DNA from: Somniosus microcephalus
Taxonomy: Eukaryota
Length of the DNA: 64,000 bases
Reading direction: 5' to 3'
Assembly: GCA_052327205.1 (NCBI GenBank)
Contig: CM126210.1
Location: forward strand, 163,246,001-163,310,000
Shown here: in pieces, positions 1-10,924 of the stretch
Layout of the letters: each line of letters begins with the position of its first letter
Numbering within the stretch: the first letter of the stretch is position 1
Notes under the pieces: generated by a model
What the model was told of the DNA's origin: nothing
The model's input: only the letters and a program-made list of their open reading frames with translations
Database searches by the model: none
Program-made: the position numbers and the translations under genes

Positions 1-1087
1 AAATATGCAAATTGAAAAGATAAATTGCTCGATGCATCTGGAAATGTTATCTAATTAGGGCGTAAGAAATTTAATCTTTACAGCGAGCAGGTCAAATAAT
101 TACTGTTAATTTAACGCCCAAATTATCTTTCATTGATTTGTATTCTCTTAAATGTAGTTTGGCAGGAAACCATGATCCATACCAATGGATTTTACTTTAT
201 GTGTGAACACGGTGGGCCTCAGAGTGAATTATTGCAACCCTTCCCATACAAATAACAAGATCACATCATGTATGCATTATTAAGCCATGTAATTGAATGT
301 TCCATAGTTTGCATATCAAACTATTAAAATAATGTGTTTTTCTTTTCTTCCAACACGTAATGTTTAAGCCTCCGCGTCTATTTTGTGACTCTGATAATTA
401 TGACCCAATTAGAGTAAATGTTCTCTTCATTTGGATGATTTTTTGCGTACATTTTTGCATTTCCAACCCTTAACGGTGTAGCCAGTGACGTACACTGTTT
501 TCCGGAATCAATTGTTTTGCATGTATTTGTTGTTGCTACTGACCTTACTTTTCAGAAGAAAATAGATCAATTACTCCATTACTTAGCCGGAATCCCTCTT
601 TGGGAAATAGCGCCAGCTACTTCCCCACACCAAAGGCATAAAGACCGGTCATTTTTAAGCACGGGCTATCAAACTAAGTAATATTCATTTTCATACCTAG
701 AAAAAGGCAGGAATTTTTAACAAAGCAGATGAAAAATTGTGTCCCCATCACGGCATTATATTTTCATTGGAAACGATGTAGTTTTTTTTAGCCAATATGG
801 CTCTTTTATATCTTGATATGGTATTACTAAGTAATAGATATTAGTAACATATTACTAAGTAATAGTTATAGTAACTAACTACTGGGATACATCATTAGAA
901 AAATGTTATCCATTACTAATTAATTAGTTTATCTCAGCTACCTTGGCTGTCCCTGCAACCCATAATTCCCATTTGCTTACCTAAAAATCATACATGAAAC
1001 ATGCACACAAAGTGCATGCATGTCAGCCGATGTGCTGCATACCTGTTTGCATGCGTGTGAGTTTATATGTAATACACATTAATAGAT

Positions 1088-1229
1088 NNNNNNNNNNNNN
1101 NNNNNNNNNNNNNNNNNNNNNNNNNNNNNNNNNNNNNNNNNNNNNNNNNNNNNNNNNNNNNNNNNNNNNNNNNNNNNNNNNNNNNNNNNNNNNNNNNNNN
1201 NNNNNNNNNNNNNNNNNNNNNNNNNNNNN
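1088..1229. other. Assembly gap (142 N)
   Basis: Run of n characters. Confidence 0.99.
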
Positions 1230-4200
1230 TCTTCCTTTTTTCTCGATCACAGTATTCATTTTCTCTCTTACTCCCATTTAATTTGTTTTTTAGTATTACC
1301 AGAACTAACCGTTAAGTCTTTTGGAAGCCATGTAGTACTGATAGGAAAGCAGCTCACAACCATCGGCTCTGCACTTTGAAACATCTTTAGGGTGAAAGCC
1401 CTCTACAGCCTCCTTTCTGCTTTATACTATATATTTTTATTTCGGTTTTATGCGCCACTGGAACTTCTCCCACAGCGGTTACTTATTTTCTACAAGCTTT
1501 CATAGAGTTGCAATACAAAGCTAATTGCATCTCCATTGCAAAATAAGAGTCCCGCGATTTATCGCAAAAAAACATGTTGTCATCGCTCTGTGCATGTGTT
1601 GAACGCTGACCTCAGGTATCATTAAGGAAAGACGCCTTGCTACTTGATTTTTAATGTGCATCGCTTTAATACGGGAGCAAAGTTAAAGGATGTACAGGAA
1701 TTTTCTTCAATCAGTGTCTGCAAACAATCCTGCGCCTCCGGAAAAAGAACAAGGCTATTGATGTAAGTTTGTTATGTGCAATATAAGAAAGCACATATCA
1801 TTTACCAAATATGAAAGCACTGATTACAGCCTTTTCAAAAGAAAGCAGAAGTGAAGCTGTCTAGTAATCTTGCCACTTTAAATCATTGGTTTTAAATTAA
1901 TTATTAGCTGAACCCTCCCGTAATTGACTGACATTGTCAATAGTGACATCGTCACCGACTTGGATCTAAGTCCCAGACCCGATAATAGATCTAAAAGAAA
2001 TCATTTTGCTCAAAGCATTTCATTCGGTTAGTCGACGCTCAACGCTTTCATTCTAGTACTGAAGTCAAACCCGATTTGTTTATTTAAATCATTTGCTGTG
2101 TTTATTTTTGCCCATTGGCCTAAAGGAAAGCCGCATCACCGGCCTCCTCCACTCAGTTAGTCCCGCTGTACTGGACTTTTATTTTGGCTGAGGCTCGCCC
2201 ACTTTCAGAGAGTTTAAAAGAAGCCTTCAGATGTGCGAGGACACCCAAACACAGCTTTAGTGTGAGCTTTGTTATTTCATTTCTGCGCCTCACTATAGCA
2301 ACGCCGAGCGTCTCGGCAAAAATGCACCTTCTCGGGACAATGGGACATCCTGCCGGAGCCCAGAAAGAGACGCATCTGTTACATTTACTGCTCAAATTGC
2401 TGCATCACCCAGCACGGGGAAACGAGCGAACTTCAGCGCACTTTCTGTCTCATAAGATCCAGAAAACATGCTCCACATAGCTTATACAAATAAACATGTA
2501 TTCAGAAAAGAGTCAGTGTAACGATTGAATGAATTGGTGCCGTATTATGCTGAGGGTTACGTTCTAAAGCCTCTCTAAAACGACTGCAGTATATCACGGG
2601 GATTGGCGGCGGGGGGGGGTTATCTTGGGAGTTTTGAAGATCATTAAAAGTTCACTGAGTAAATGACCGTGCAGCAGACAATGTACGGTAGTTTTAATAA
2701 GAAGATCCCAAAGCAAGCGGCGCTCGCTCTGTACGGGGCACTGGGTCAGCGCGAACAGGGAAACAGGCTCGCTGTCTGCAAAGGACACAAATTTCGTTGA
2801 GAAGAAAGACGTGACCCTGTTTGAAAGTCTAAACAGAAATGCAGCTCCATCTTCTGCCAGTGCAAACTTCTGGGAAGAATGACATCATCAGTGAAAAGGC
2901 AAAGCCCGCCTCACAAGTGGGGCTTTGACCAGATTCTGCTCTCCATTCAGAATAGATAGGTGGGATGTGAAAGTGATTGAGTCGTGTTTTATGGTTTAAA
3001 GGCGGAGAAAAAAAAGTTATTTTAATTGGCGAATACTGCTGTCTGTGGGTTCCATTAGAAAACTGGATTTCAAAGAAAGCTTCACTTAAAAAAAATCTGA
3101 TTTAAAACACAATGCGTTAAACCCCTGTGTGGAGTAAAACGGACAGAATGCTGGATAAAGCGGGCACTGCACACAGCCGTTCAAAACAATCATTACATAA
3201 GCGCAAAATGCCAAGTTGACAGCTCACTGTCAGAACTTAAACGCTCTTCTTAATTTGTCCTTCTTCAGTTTGTCTTTCTTCTTTCCACGAGGCAGGCGGT
3301 GAGGGAGGGGAGATGTAAGTAACTAATGTTTGTATTCATTAATTAATAGGATGGATGTACCTGACTTGTACAATAGATAAGATACTACAGGAGGAGCATT
3401 CCAACTACTGGTTCGAATAGAAATGGGAGTGGCATGAACACGTCCTGGTCCATTTTTCTTGGGAGTCCAATTGGTGCAAGTCTAACAAATATGAGTCTCG
3501 CTGAACACTTCCGGTTCAGTGTTGAAAGCATCTCTGGCTGTGATGTAAGTGAAAGTGACTAGACTGCAAATACTGTTTCCAAAGCAGCGTCTGTCAACAA
3601 CGCACCCAACCCGTGAGTTTAAGAGGCAGCTACATCTATACGTAGACACAGCTAAGTGGACGGATAGAAACGGATAGGCAGACAGATAGCATAGAGACGG
3701 ACAGAAACTTTATTAAAATACACCAAATAAATAAGTGTTGAAACGAAATGTCTCAGTGTTGTCGGTCGCTTTGCGAAAGGTTTGTACAGCACAGGCGAGG
3801 GAATCAACAGCATTTTTCATCCAGGCAGCCAATATGAAACCGATCAATTTTTAAAGCTGTTATACTCTGCATGGGTAGATAGGTAATATATACCTAGATT
3901 ATATCGATATACAGACAGAAAAGATAGAACCATGTAAAGCTAACGATAACAAAGGAAAATAAATATGATACAAGTTTCTTGTTGTGTTCCAAAACCCATA
4001 TAAGGTGCTACACAATACAAACTGCAAGTAAAATCTGCATTATTGTAGTCGAGAAAAAATCACAAATAAAGTAAATGCATTAATTTTAAAGATGATCAAA
4101 ACCTGCTAAACGGTTGCCCGAAGAAATCATCTTTTTTTATGATTTTTCTGTTCACTTTCAATTGCCTGCGGATGCATTTAAACGAGGACAGAAGGCTCTT

Positions 4201-5803
4201 AAATAAACCAGCTGAGAAACTTCCTGCATCGGAAAGAAGGCTACATCACAGATCTTTGTGCAGTTCAAAGGTTTGGGGCCCTTTTAAAACCCCCGTCACG
4301 TCACAGTTAGTAGCTCTTGTATTTGAACAGCTGCTCGGGGGCTGAACTGAAGCAAACACAGCAAAGTCTGGCTCTGAAACTGCACTGGCTGCAACGCCTT
4401 GCAACCTGCTCTTCCAGAGACCGAGCCCTCTCTCAGCAGCTTGAATATGTCCAGAGAGCCCGAGGAATGGGATATCATCAGGGGCTGCACGCGCGCCTGT
4501 CATATCCATATGCATATATTGGCACTTGGACCTCAAATACCCAAAACAAACACAAATATGGGCAGTATGTAAGCATGCACACAGCACACACGTACACACA
4601 TGTAGATGCAATATATACATATGGGTAAAATACACTGATACGCAAATGAAAGGTTTTGTATAAGCGAACACACATTTTTATACATATTATATATATTCAA
4701 ACCACATTTACACCAGAATTGAGGATACTGTCTTTTTCACATGGGTCCAGATTGTAACTGACTCAGTGTGATTTCAAAGTGTGGTTTGGCCTCGGACTCG
4801 CTGACAGCTTCTGAATCTTTGCTATGTCTTTGTTATGAATGGAAGTGCCGATTCCTGAAGAAAACAGCATTCGATGCCCTTCTGCTGTCCCGGCTTCACT
4901 GGAGCCGCTGCAGTGGCCACTTCCACTTTTTCCCGTTACTTGAAGCACCATCATACAGTACTTGCAAAAGGATGCTTGTACTACTGCATGTGTTGGACAT
5001 GTGGCCGCAAAGGGCGCTGTGTCCAGTTTCAGAACAATATAACCTGACCAGTACACCTTACACTTTACTTACCAGCACGTCGTCTATTGACCTCAGGAGT
5101 CCGACATATCTACTGTACCACTTGCATTGGACTATGGGCGCTGCATCTATTCTTCCTGTTATACTGCAGCCGACACAATGCCAGCCTGGTGTTAAGCCCT
5201 CACTTAGGATAAGCTCAGTTAAAAGTGACATAGTCGGGAGCTGGAAAGAATTGGCAGATGTATACAAGGATTTTTATGCACCTTTGCAAGTAAATTGTGT
5301 CAGTTAGCATGAATATCCCACTAGAACAAACTCATTAGTCTTTGATTTAGGTTCAGTCTCAGGTCAGGTTTAGATTCAGACTCGGGCCCTTTGGCTGAGA
5401 GCTGAACACTGCGGCTCACAACCCAAGTTAATGTGTGGTCCCTGAAATTCGCTTCACTGTGAGGAGATCTGTGCAGACAGCGCTCCACTCACAGCAAACT
5501 CGCAAAATATTTTAAAACGAGATTTATGAAGTATCCAGGCATGCTAAACCCGACTGTGCACGGCCCTAGAGTTATTCCGTGTAGTTCCAAACCCAAGCGT
5601 TGTCAAACAACCTACTCGACCGGTCTCACATTCCTGCATTGTGCCGTCAGCTTGGAACCTGACAACAGACTAAACCGGCCAGGTGCGAGCCTCTGAAAAG
5701 TGGAAACAACTTTGCAGTGATGTGAAAATGGTAATATAATTACATCCTTAGGTACAAACTCAGGTTTAATCTCAGACTCACTAATAGACTCAGGTTCAGT
5801 CTC

Positions 5804-7142
5804 AACAACAACTTGCATTTATACAGCGCCTTCAACGTAGTGACGCGTCCTATGGAGTTTCACAGGAGCATTATCAAACAAAATTTGAAACCGAACCACG
5901 TAATGAGATATTAGGGCAGATGACCAAAAGCTTAGTCAAAGAGTAAGGTTGTAAGAAGCATCTTAAAGGACAGAGAGTTAGAGGGGTGGAAAGGTTTAGA
6001 GAGGAAATTTCAGAGTTTAGGGCCTTTGCAGCTGAAGGCACAGCCACCAATGGCAGAGTGATTAAAATCGTTTTTTTTTAAATTTTCAGTGTGGGCGTCA
6101 CTGTTAAGGTCGGCATTTATTGCCGATCCCTAATTGCCCTTGAGAAGGTGGTGGTGAGCCGTCTTCTTGAACCACTGCAGTCCGTCATCTTTGCAGTGGT
6201 TTGGTACGACTGAGTGGCTTGCTAGGCCATTTCAGAGGATAGTTAAGAGTCAACCACATTGATGTGGGTCTGGAGTCACATATAGGCCAGACCAGGTAAG
6301 GACGGCAGATTTCCTTCCCTAAAGGACATTAGTGAACCAGATGGGTTTTTATGAAAATCTGGTAGTTTCATGGTCACCATTTGTATTCCAAGAGGATGCT
6401 CAACAGGCCAGAATTAGAGGAGCACAGAGCCTTGTGGGGCTGGAGGAGATTACAGATATCGCAGAGCCTTGTGGGGCTGGAGCAGATTACAGAGATAGGG
6501 AGGGGCGAGGCCATGGGGGGATTTGAAAATAAGGATGAGCATTTTAAAATCGAGGCATTGCTTAACCGGGAGCCAATGTAGGTCAGCGAGCCCAGGGGAG
6601 ATGGGTAAGTGGCACTTGGTGCGAGTTAGGACATGGGCAGCAGAGTTTTGGATCACCTCAAGTTTACAGAGGGTTGAATGTGGGAGGCCGGCCAGGAGTG
6701 CATTGGAATAATCAAGTTTAGAGGTAACAAAGGCATGGATGTGGGTTTCAGCAGTAGATGAGCGGAGGCAAGGACGGAGGCGGGCAATGTTCCAGAGGTG
6801 GAAATAGGCGGTCTTAGTGATAGCACGAATTTGTGGTCGGAAGCTGATCTCGGGGTCAAATATGGCAACAAGGGTGAGAACAGTCTGATTCGGCCTCAGA
6901 CAGAGACTAGGGAGAGGGATGGAGTCGGTGGCTAGGGAATGGAATTTGTGGTGTGGACCGCAGATAATGGCTTCGGTTTTCCCAATATTTAATTGGAGGA
7001 AATTTCTGCTCATCCAGTACTGGATGTCGGACAAGCAGTCTGACAATTTAGAGACAGTGGAGGGTTTAAGAGAGGTGGAGTGAGGTAAGGCTGGGTGTCA
7101 TCAGTGTATATGTGGAAACTGGCACTGTGATTTCTCAGCCGC
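5804..7142 (-). mobile_element. 5'-truncated L2-clade LINE (RT C-terminus and 3' tail), decayed
   Basis: Minus frames give [11 protein letters not shown] (YADDTQLY motif), CLSDIQYWMSRNFLQLNIGKTEAI, LDYSNALLAGLP and LADLHWLPVKQ. The 3' tail is GGCGCTGTATAAATGCAAGTTGTTGTT at ~5804-5830. There is a local 37-bp duplication at ~6426-6497. Confidence 0.9.
6071..6392 (-). mobile_element. Internally deleted CR1-like LINE fragment nested in the L2
   Basis: It interrupts the L2 between AAAATCG and GAGGATGCTC. Its 3' end (reverse complement CACCACCTTCTCAAGGGCAATTAGGGATCGGCAATAAATGCC) resembles the copy ending at ~33580. Confidence 0.7.
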
Positions 7143-8045
7143 ACTATCAGGCTCAGGTTCAGTCTCAGACTCATTATCGGGCTCAGGTTCAGTCTCAGAC
7201 TCATTATCAGGCTCAGGTTCAGTCTCAGACTCATTATCAGGCTCAGGTTCAGTCTCAGACTCATTATCAGACTCAGGTTCAGTCTCAGACTCATTATCAG
7301 GCTCAGGTTCAGTCTCAGACTCATTATCAGGCTCAGGTTCAGTCTCAGACTCATTATCGGGCTCAGGTTCAGTCTCAGACTCATTATCAGGCTCAGGTTC
7401 AGTCTCAGACTCATTATCAGGCTCAGGTTCAGTCTCAGACTCATTATCAGACTCAGGTTCAGTCTCAGGCTCATTATCGGGCTCAGGTTCAGTCTCAGGC
7501 TCATTATCAGGCTCAGGTTCAGTCTCAGACTCATTATCAGACTCAGGTTCAGTCTCAGGCTCATTATCGGGCTCAGGTTCAGTCTCAGACTCATTATCAG
7601 ACTCAGGTTCAGTCTCAGACTCATTATCAGACTCCGGTTCAGTCTCAGGCTCATTATCAGGCTTAGGTTCAGTCTCAGACTCATTATCGGGCTCAGGTTC
7701 AGTCTCAGGCTCATTATCGGGCTCAGGTTCAGTCTCAGACTCATTATCAGACTCAGGTTCAGTCTCAGACTCATTATCAGACTCAGGTTCAGTCTCAGAC
7801 TCATTATCAGGCTCAGGTTCAGTCTCAGACTCATTATCAGGCTCAGGTTCAGTCTCAGGCTCGTTATCAGGCTCAGGTTCAGTCTCAGACTCATTATCAG
7901 GCTCAGGTTCAGTCTCAGACTCATTATCAGACTCAGGTTCAGTCTCAGACTCATTATCAGGCTCGGGTTCAGTCTCAGACTCATTATCAGGCTTAGGTTC
8001 AGTCTCAGACTCATTATCAGACTCAGGTTCAGTCTCAGACTCATT
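7143..8045. repeat. 30-bp minisatellite, ~30 units, consensus TATCAGGCTCAGGTTCAGTCTCAGACTCAT
   Basis: Exact 30-nt periodicity with few substitutions and no indels. Each unit is five NNTCA(G/T) hexamers. Confidence 0.98.
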
Positions 8046-9268
8046 GGCCCAGTAATTCGGGTCCAAATGCGTGAGTACGGTCTGGGTACTCACGCATCTG
8101 GCCGGATGAAATGCCGGCATTCAGGAAACACCGTGCATGCGGAGAACGCCGGCATTTCCGGTCCTCTGAACGAAGGGGTTCAGAGGCACAGCGCGTGCGA
8201 CTGCACAGGCAGCGCGTGCGCAGTGAACTTCGTCGATTTCATTCATGGATTCAGTGAGGGTAAGTCCTTACAAGTTACACTTGAAAAAAGCATGTGTAAA
8301 GTTGGTCCAAGGCTGCGGAGGAAGATATATTTTATCGTGGAGCTTCTGAAAGGCAATATTTTTGTTTGGGAAAGGGAGCAAAGTTATTTTAAGAAATGCT
8401 GAGGTTAGTTTTAAAGTTTAAATTTTTTTTTTTAAACGGGTTTTCAGTACAGCAGGTAGAAGGAGCAATTGTGGCTGTGTGAATTGAATGTGAGAATGAG
8501 TGTTCTAAAATGAGTAATGCAACATTTCCAACACTTTTAAGAAAGAAACTTTTCATCAGTAATAAGTAATTATGTATGTATGTATGTCCGCATATATTCC
8601 TTTACGTATATGTATGTATGTTTTATATTCCTTTACTTATGTGTATGAATGTATGTTTTTAATTATGATTTTCCAATAAGTTACTTTCTCTGAAAGTCAT
8701 AATTAAATACATACATTCATACACATAAGTAAAGGAATATATTCATACACGCAAAGGAATATATACAGACATACATACATAATTACTTAAAAGAATATAT
8801 TACTGATGGAAAGTTTCTTTCTTAAAAATGTTGGAGTCATTTTCACATTTAATAAACACAGCAAATTCAATTCACATAGCCACAATTGATCCTTCTACCT
8901 ACAGTACTGAAAACCCGTTTTAAAAAACAAAAATAAACTTTAAAACTTACCTCAGCATTTCTTAAAATAACTTTAATCCCTTTCCCAAACAACCGCAGCC
9001 TCTGGAGCAACTGTACTCATGCTTTTTTCATGTGTAAGTTGTATTGACTTGACCTCACTGAAAGCATGAATGAAAGCGGCAAATTTTACTGCGCACGCGC
9101 TGCCTGTACAGTAGCACGCGTTCTGCCTCTGAACCCCTTCGTTCAGAGGACAGGAAATGCCGGTTTTCCCCGCATGCACTGTGCATGCTGAAAACCGGCA
9201 TTTCCTCCGGACAGATGCGTAAGTACCCCGACCGTACTCGCGCGTTTGGAAGGGAATTACTGGGCCAA
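8044..9268. repeat. ~1.2-kb imperfect palindrome (arms ~8044-8673 and ~8692-9268)
   Basis: The reverse complement from 9268 inward reads TTGGCCCAGTAATTCCCTTCCAAACGCGCGAGTACGGTC..., colinear with 8044 onward up to a short central loop. ORFs 8067+ and 8973- share GIS.PLNEGVQR..AC.CTGSACAV.F. Confidence 0.95.
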
Positions 9269-9364
9269 CATTTTACATGTCAATAAAATGAAAAATTTAA
9301 CAATTGCACGATTTGCCCCCTCGCATCTGCGACTGAGGGTCCAAGGAGGTGCATTGCGCAACAG

Positions 9365-10301
9365 GTCATCGTCGTACGTATCCTCACACTGTTCCCTTTC
9401 GGGAACTGTATGAAGTGGTGGAAGGATTTCTGGCCACGTTAACACTCCTTCCGTGACCATAACCATCTTCATACCAGCCATTAGGGTGGTTAGTCCTATG
9501 GCGTGAGGGTTTTACGGGCTCCCACAACCCATCTGAGGGGGGGGGGCCACCCACACCCGCGGACGCAAGTATCCCGCTGGATGTCCACCCAGAATTTATA
9601 GTTGGAGCTCCGACTCCACTTGCCGGGACTGTCTGGAGCGGGGTTTGAAACCCTACTCCTTCTGGCCCAGTGGCGGGGATGCTTACCGCTACGCAAAAGG
9701 CCCACTCCGCGCAAAAGGTGACACCCATACGTTTCCTGCGCCTTTTCCCTCCCCGTGACTGGAGCCCTATGCTGCCACTTGAAAGACCAAGCTATCATCT
9801 GTCCTTTTTGCGGCGCCTTTGACTTCTCATTACCAATGATGAGCAGGCGCTGTGCCTCCACCTCGTTGAGGAGATTGCTGAGGTCATCATCAGTTCAATT
9901 GTGAGTTCTTTTAATGCCGTGAATTGTGCTCATTCCAGCCACTTCACGTTGCTAATCGGATTGGGCCTTTGGCGTAGCGGTAGGATCCCCGCCGCTGGGC
10001 CAGACGGGGTAGGGTTTCAAACCCCGCTCCAGACAGTCCCGGCAAGTGGAGTCGGAGCTCCGGCTCTAAATTCTGGGTTGACATCCAGTGGGATATTTGC
10101 GTCCGTGGGTGTGGGTGGCCCCCCCTCCTTGTATAGCTTGTGGGAGCCCATAAAACCCTCCCGCCATAGGACTAACCACCCTAATGGCTGGTTCAAAGAT
10201 GGTTACGGTCACGGAATGAGTGTTAATCACGGCCATAAGTCCTTCCACCACTTCATACAGTTCCCCAAAGGGAACAGTGTGAAGACACGTATGACAACGA
10301 C
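9365..10301. repeat. Second inverted repeat, ~345-bp arms (9365-9709 and 9957-10301) with ~250-bp spacer
   Basis: ORFs 9384- and 9901+ share GVGFQTPLQTVPASGVGAP...KPSRHRTNHPNGW. The nucleotide match is visible directly. Confidence 0.95.
9787..9933 (-). pseudogene. N-terminal remnant of a Harbinger-type Myb/SANT-like DNA-binding protein
   Basis: My translation is MSTIHGIKRTHN*TDDDLSNLLNEVEAQRLLIIGNEKSKAPQKGQMIAW. It fits the R..N(W/F)(S/T)..E...LL..V......L.G...........AW pattern, with a TGA at the expected W. Confidence 0.7.
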
Positions 10302-10751
10302 ATTGGTAAATAAATAAATGGAATTAAAAAAATTATTTTAGGGCTTTTAAAAGTCTTTAAATAACTTTAATTCTGTTTAAAACTACTTCAGATTCTTCAA
10401 AATAATGTAAACGTTTTAAAAAGTTTATAAAAGTTACCAAGAGCTTCATAAAAATACCAAAAACCTATTTAAAATGCTGCTTTGCATGTAAAAATGCTTA
10501 GCAGCTTGTGAGAAACATTGGGGGCGTGTCCTATTAAACTGAGACCTCAAGGGGCGTGTCTCACTTGCACAGCGCGCTCCAGGCTTCGCGCTGGCTGCAC
10601 TCCTGGGTGGCGTGACGTCAGACGCTGCCCGGGATTCTTCTTTTTCAAACACGAATTCCAGGTGTCCCTGGAGGTGAAATGTCAGCGCGTCGGGTAAGTG
10701 CATATCAGGGGCTTGCACGCGCGGCAAGCCACCGACCCGAATTACTGGGCC

Positions 10752-10872
10752 AATATCAGGCTCAGGTTCAGTCTCAGACTCATTATTAGGCTCAGGTTCA
10801 GTCTCAGACTCATTATCAGGCTCAGGTTCAGTCTCAGACTCATTATCAGGCTCAGGTTCAGTCTCAGACTCT
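10752..10872. repeat. Continuation of the 30-bp minisatellite (~4 units)
   Basis: The same unit resumes in register right after the right TIR. Confidence 0.95.
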
Positions 10873-10924
10873 ATCACCATTGTCTGAGACCCAGGTTCTG
10901 ACTTTGTATTGGACTGAGTCAGTA

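Larger units (their letters stand above)
8046..10751. mobile_element. Non-autonomous TIR DNA transposon, probably PIF/Harbinger-like, with two long internal fold-backs
   Basis: Perfect 18-bp TIR GGCCCAGTAATTCGGGTC (8046-8063) / GACCCGAATTACTGGGCC (10734-10751). It is inserted into a minisatellite unit with flanks ATT/AAT, a 3-bp TSD with one mismatch. It carries a Myb/SANT-like remnant at 9787-9933. Confidence 0.8.

Noticed and set aside
822-878. Duplicated palindrome TATTACTAAGTAATA with 28-bp period
   Set aside because: Only two AT-rich copies, most simply explained by slippage.
4139-5330. Overlapping ORFs of up to 179 aa
   Set aside because: No recognisable domain in any frame I translated. 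A weak zinc-knuckle-like YCSETGH is not sufficient.
7143-8045. CRISPR-like array
   Set aside because: The units are head-to-tail with no unique spacers, there are no cas genes, and the context is vertebrate.
7010-8120. Long ORFs ([10 protein letters not shown])n, ([10 protein letters not shown])n and ([10 protein letters not shown])n as real proteins
   Set aside because: They are open only because a stop-free 30-bp unit is a multiple of 3. Their ends lie in TE sequence or in the array itself.
8044-9268. Palindrome as an assembly fold-back artefact or viral hairpin end
   Set aside because: The arms differ by many substitutions and indels, the flanking minisatellite resumes in register, and no viral genes are present.
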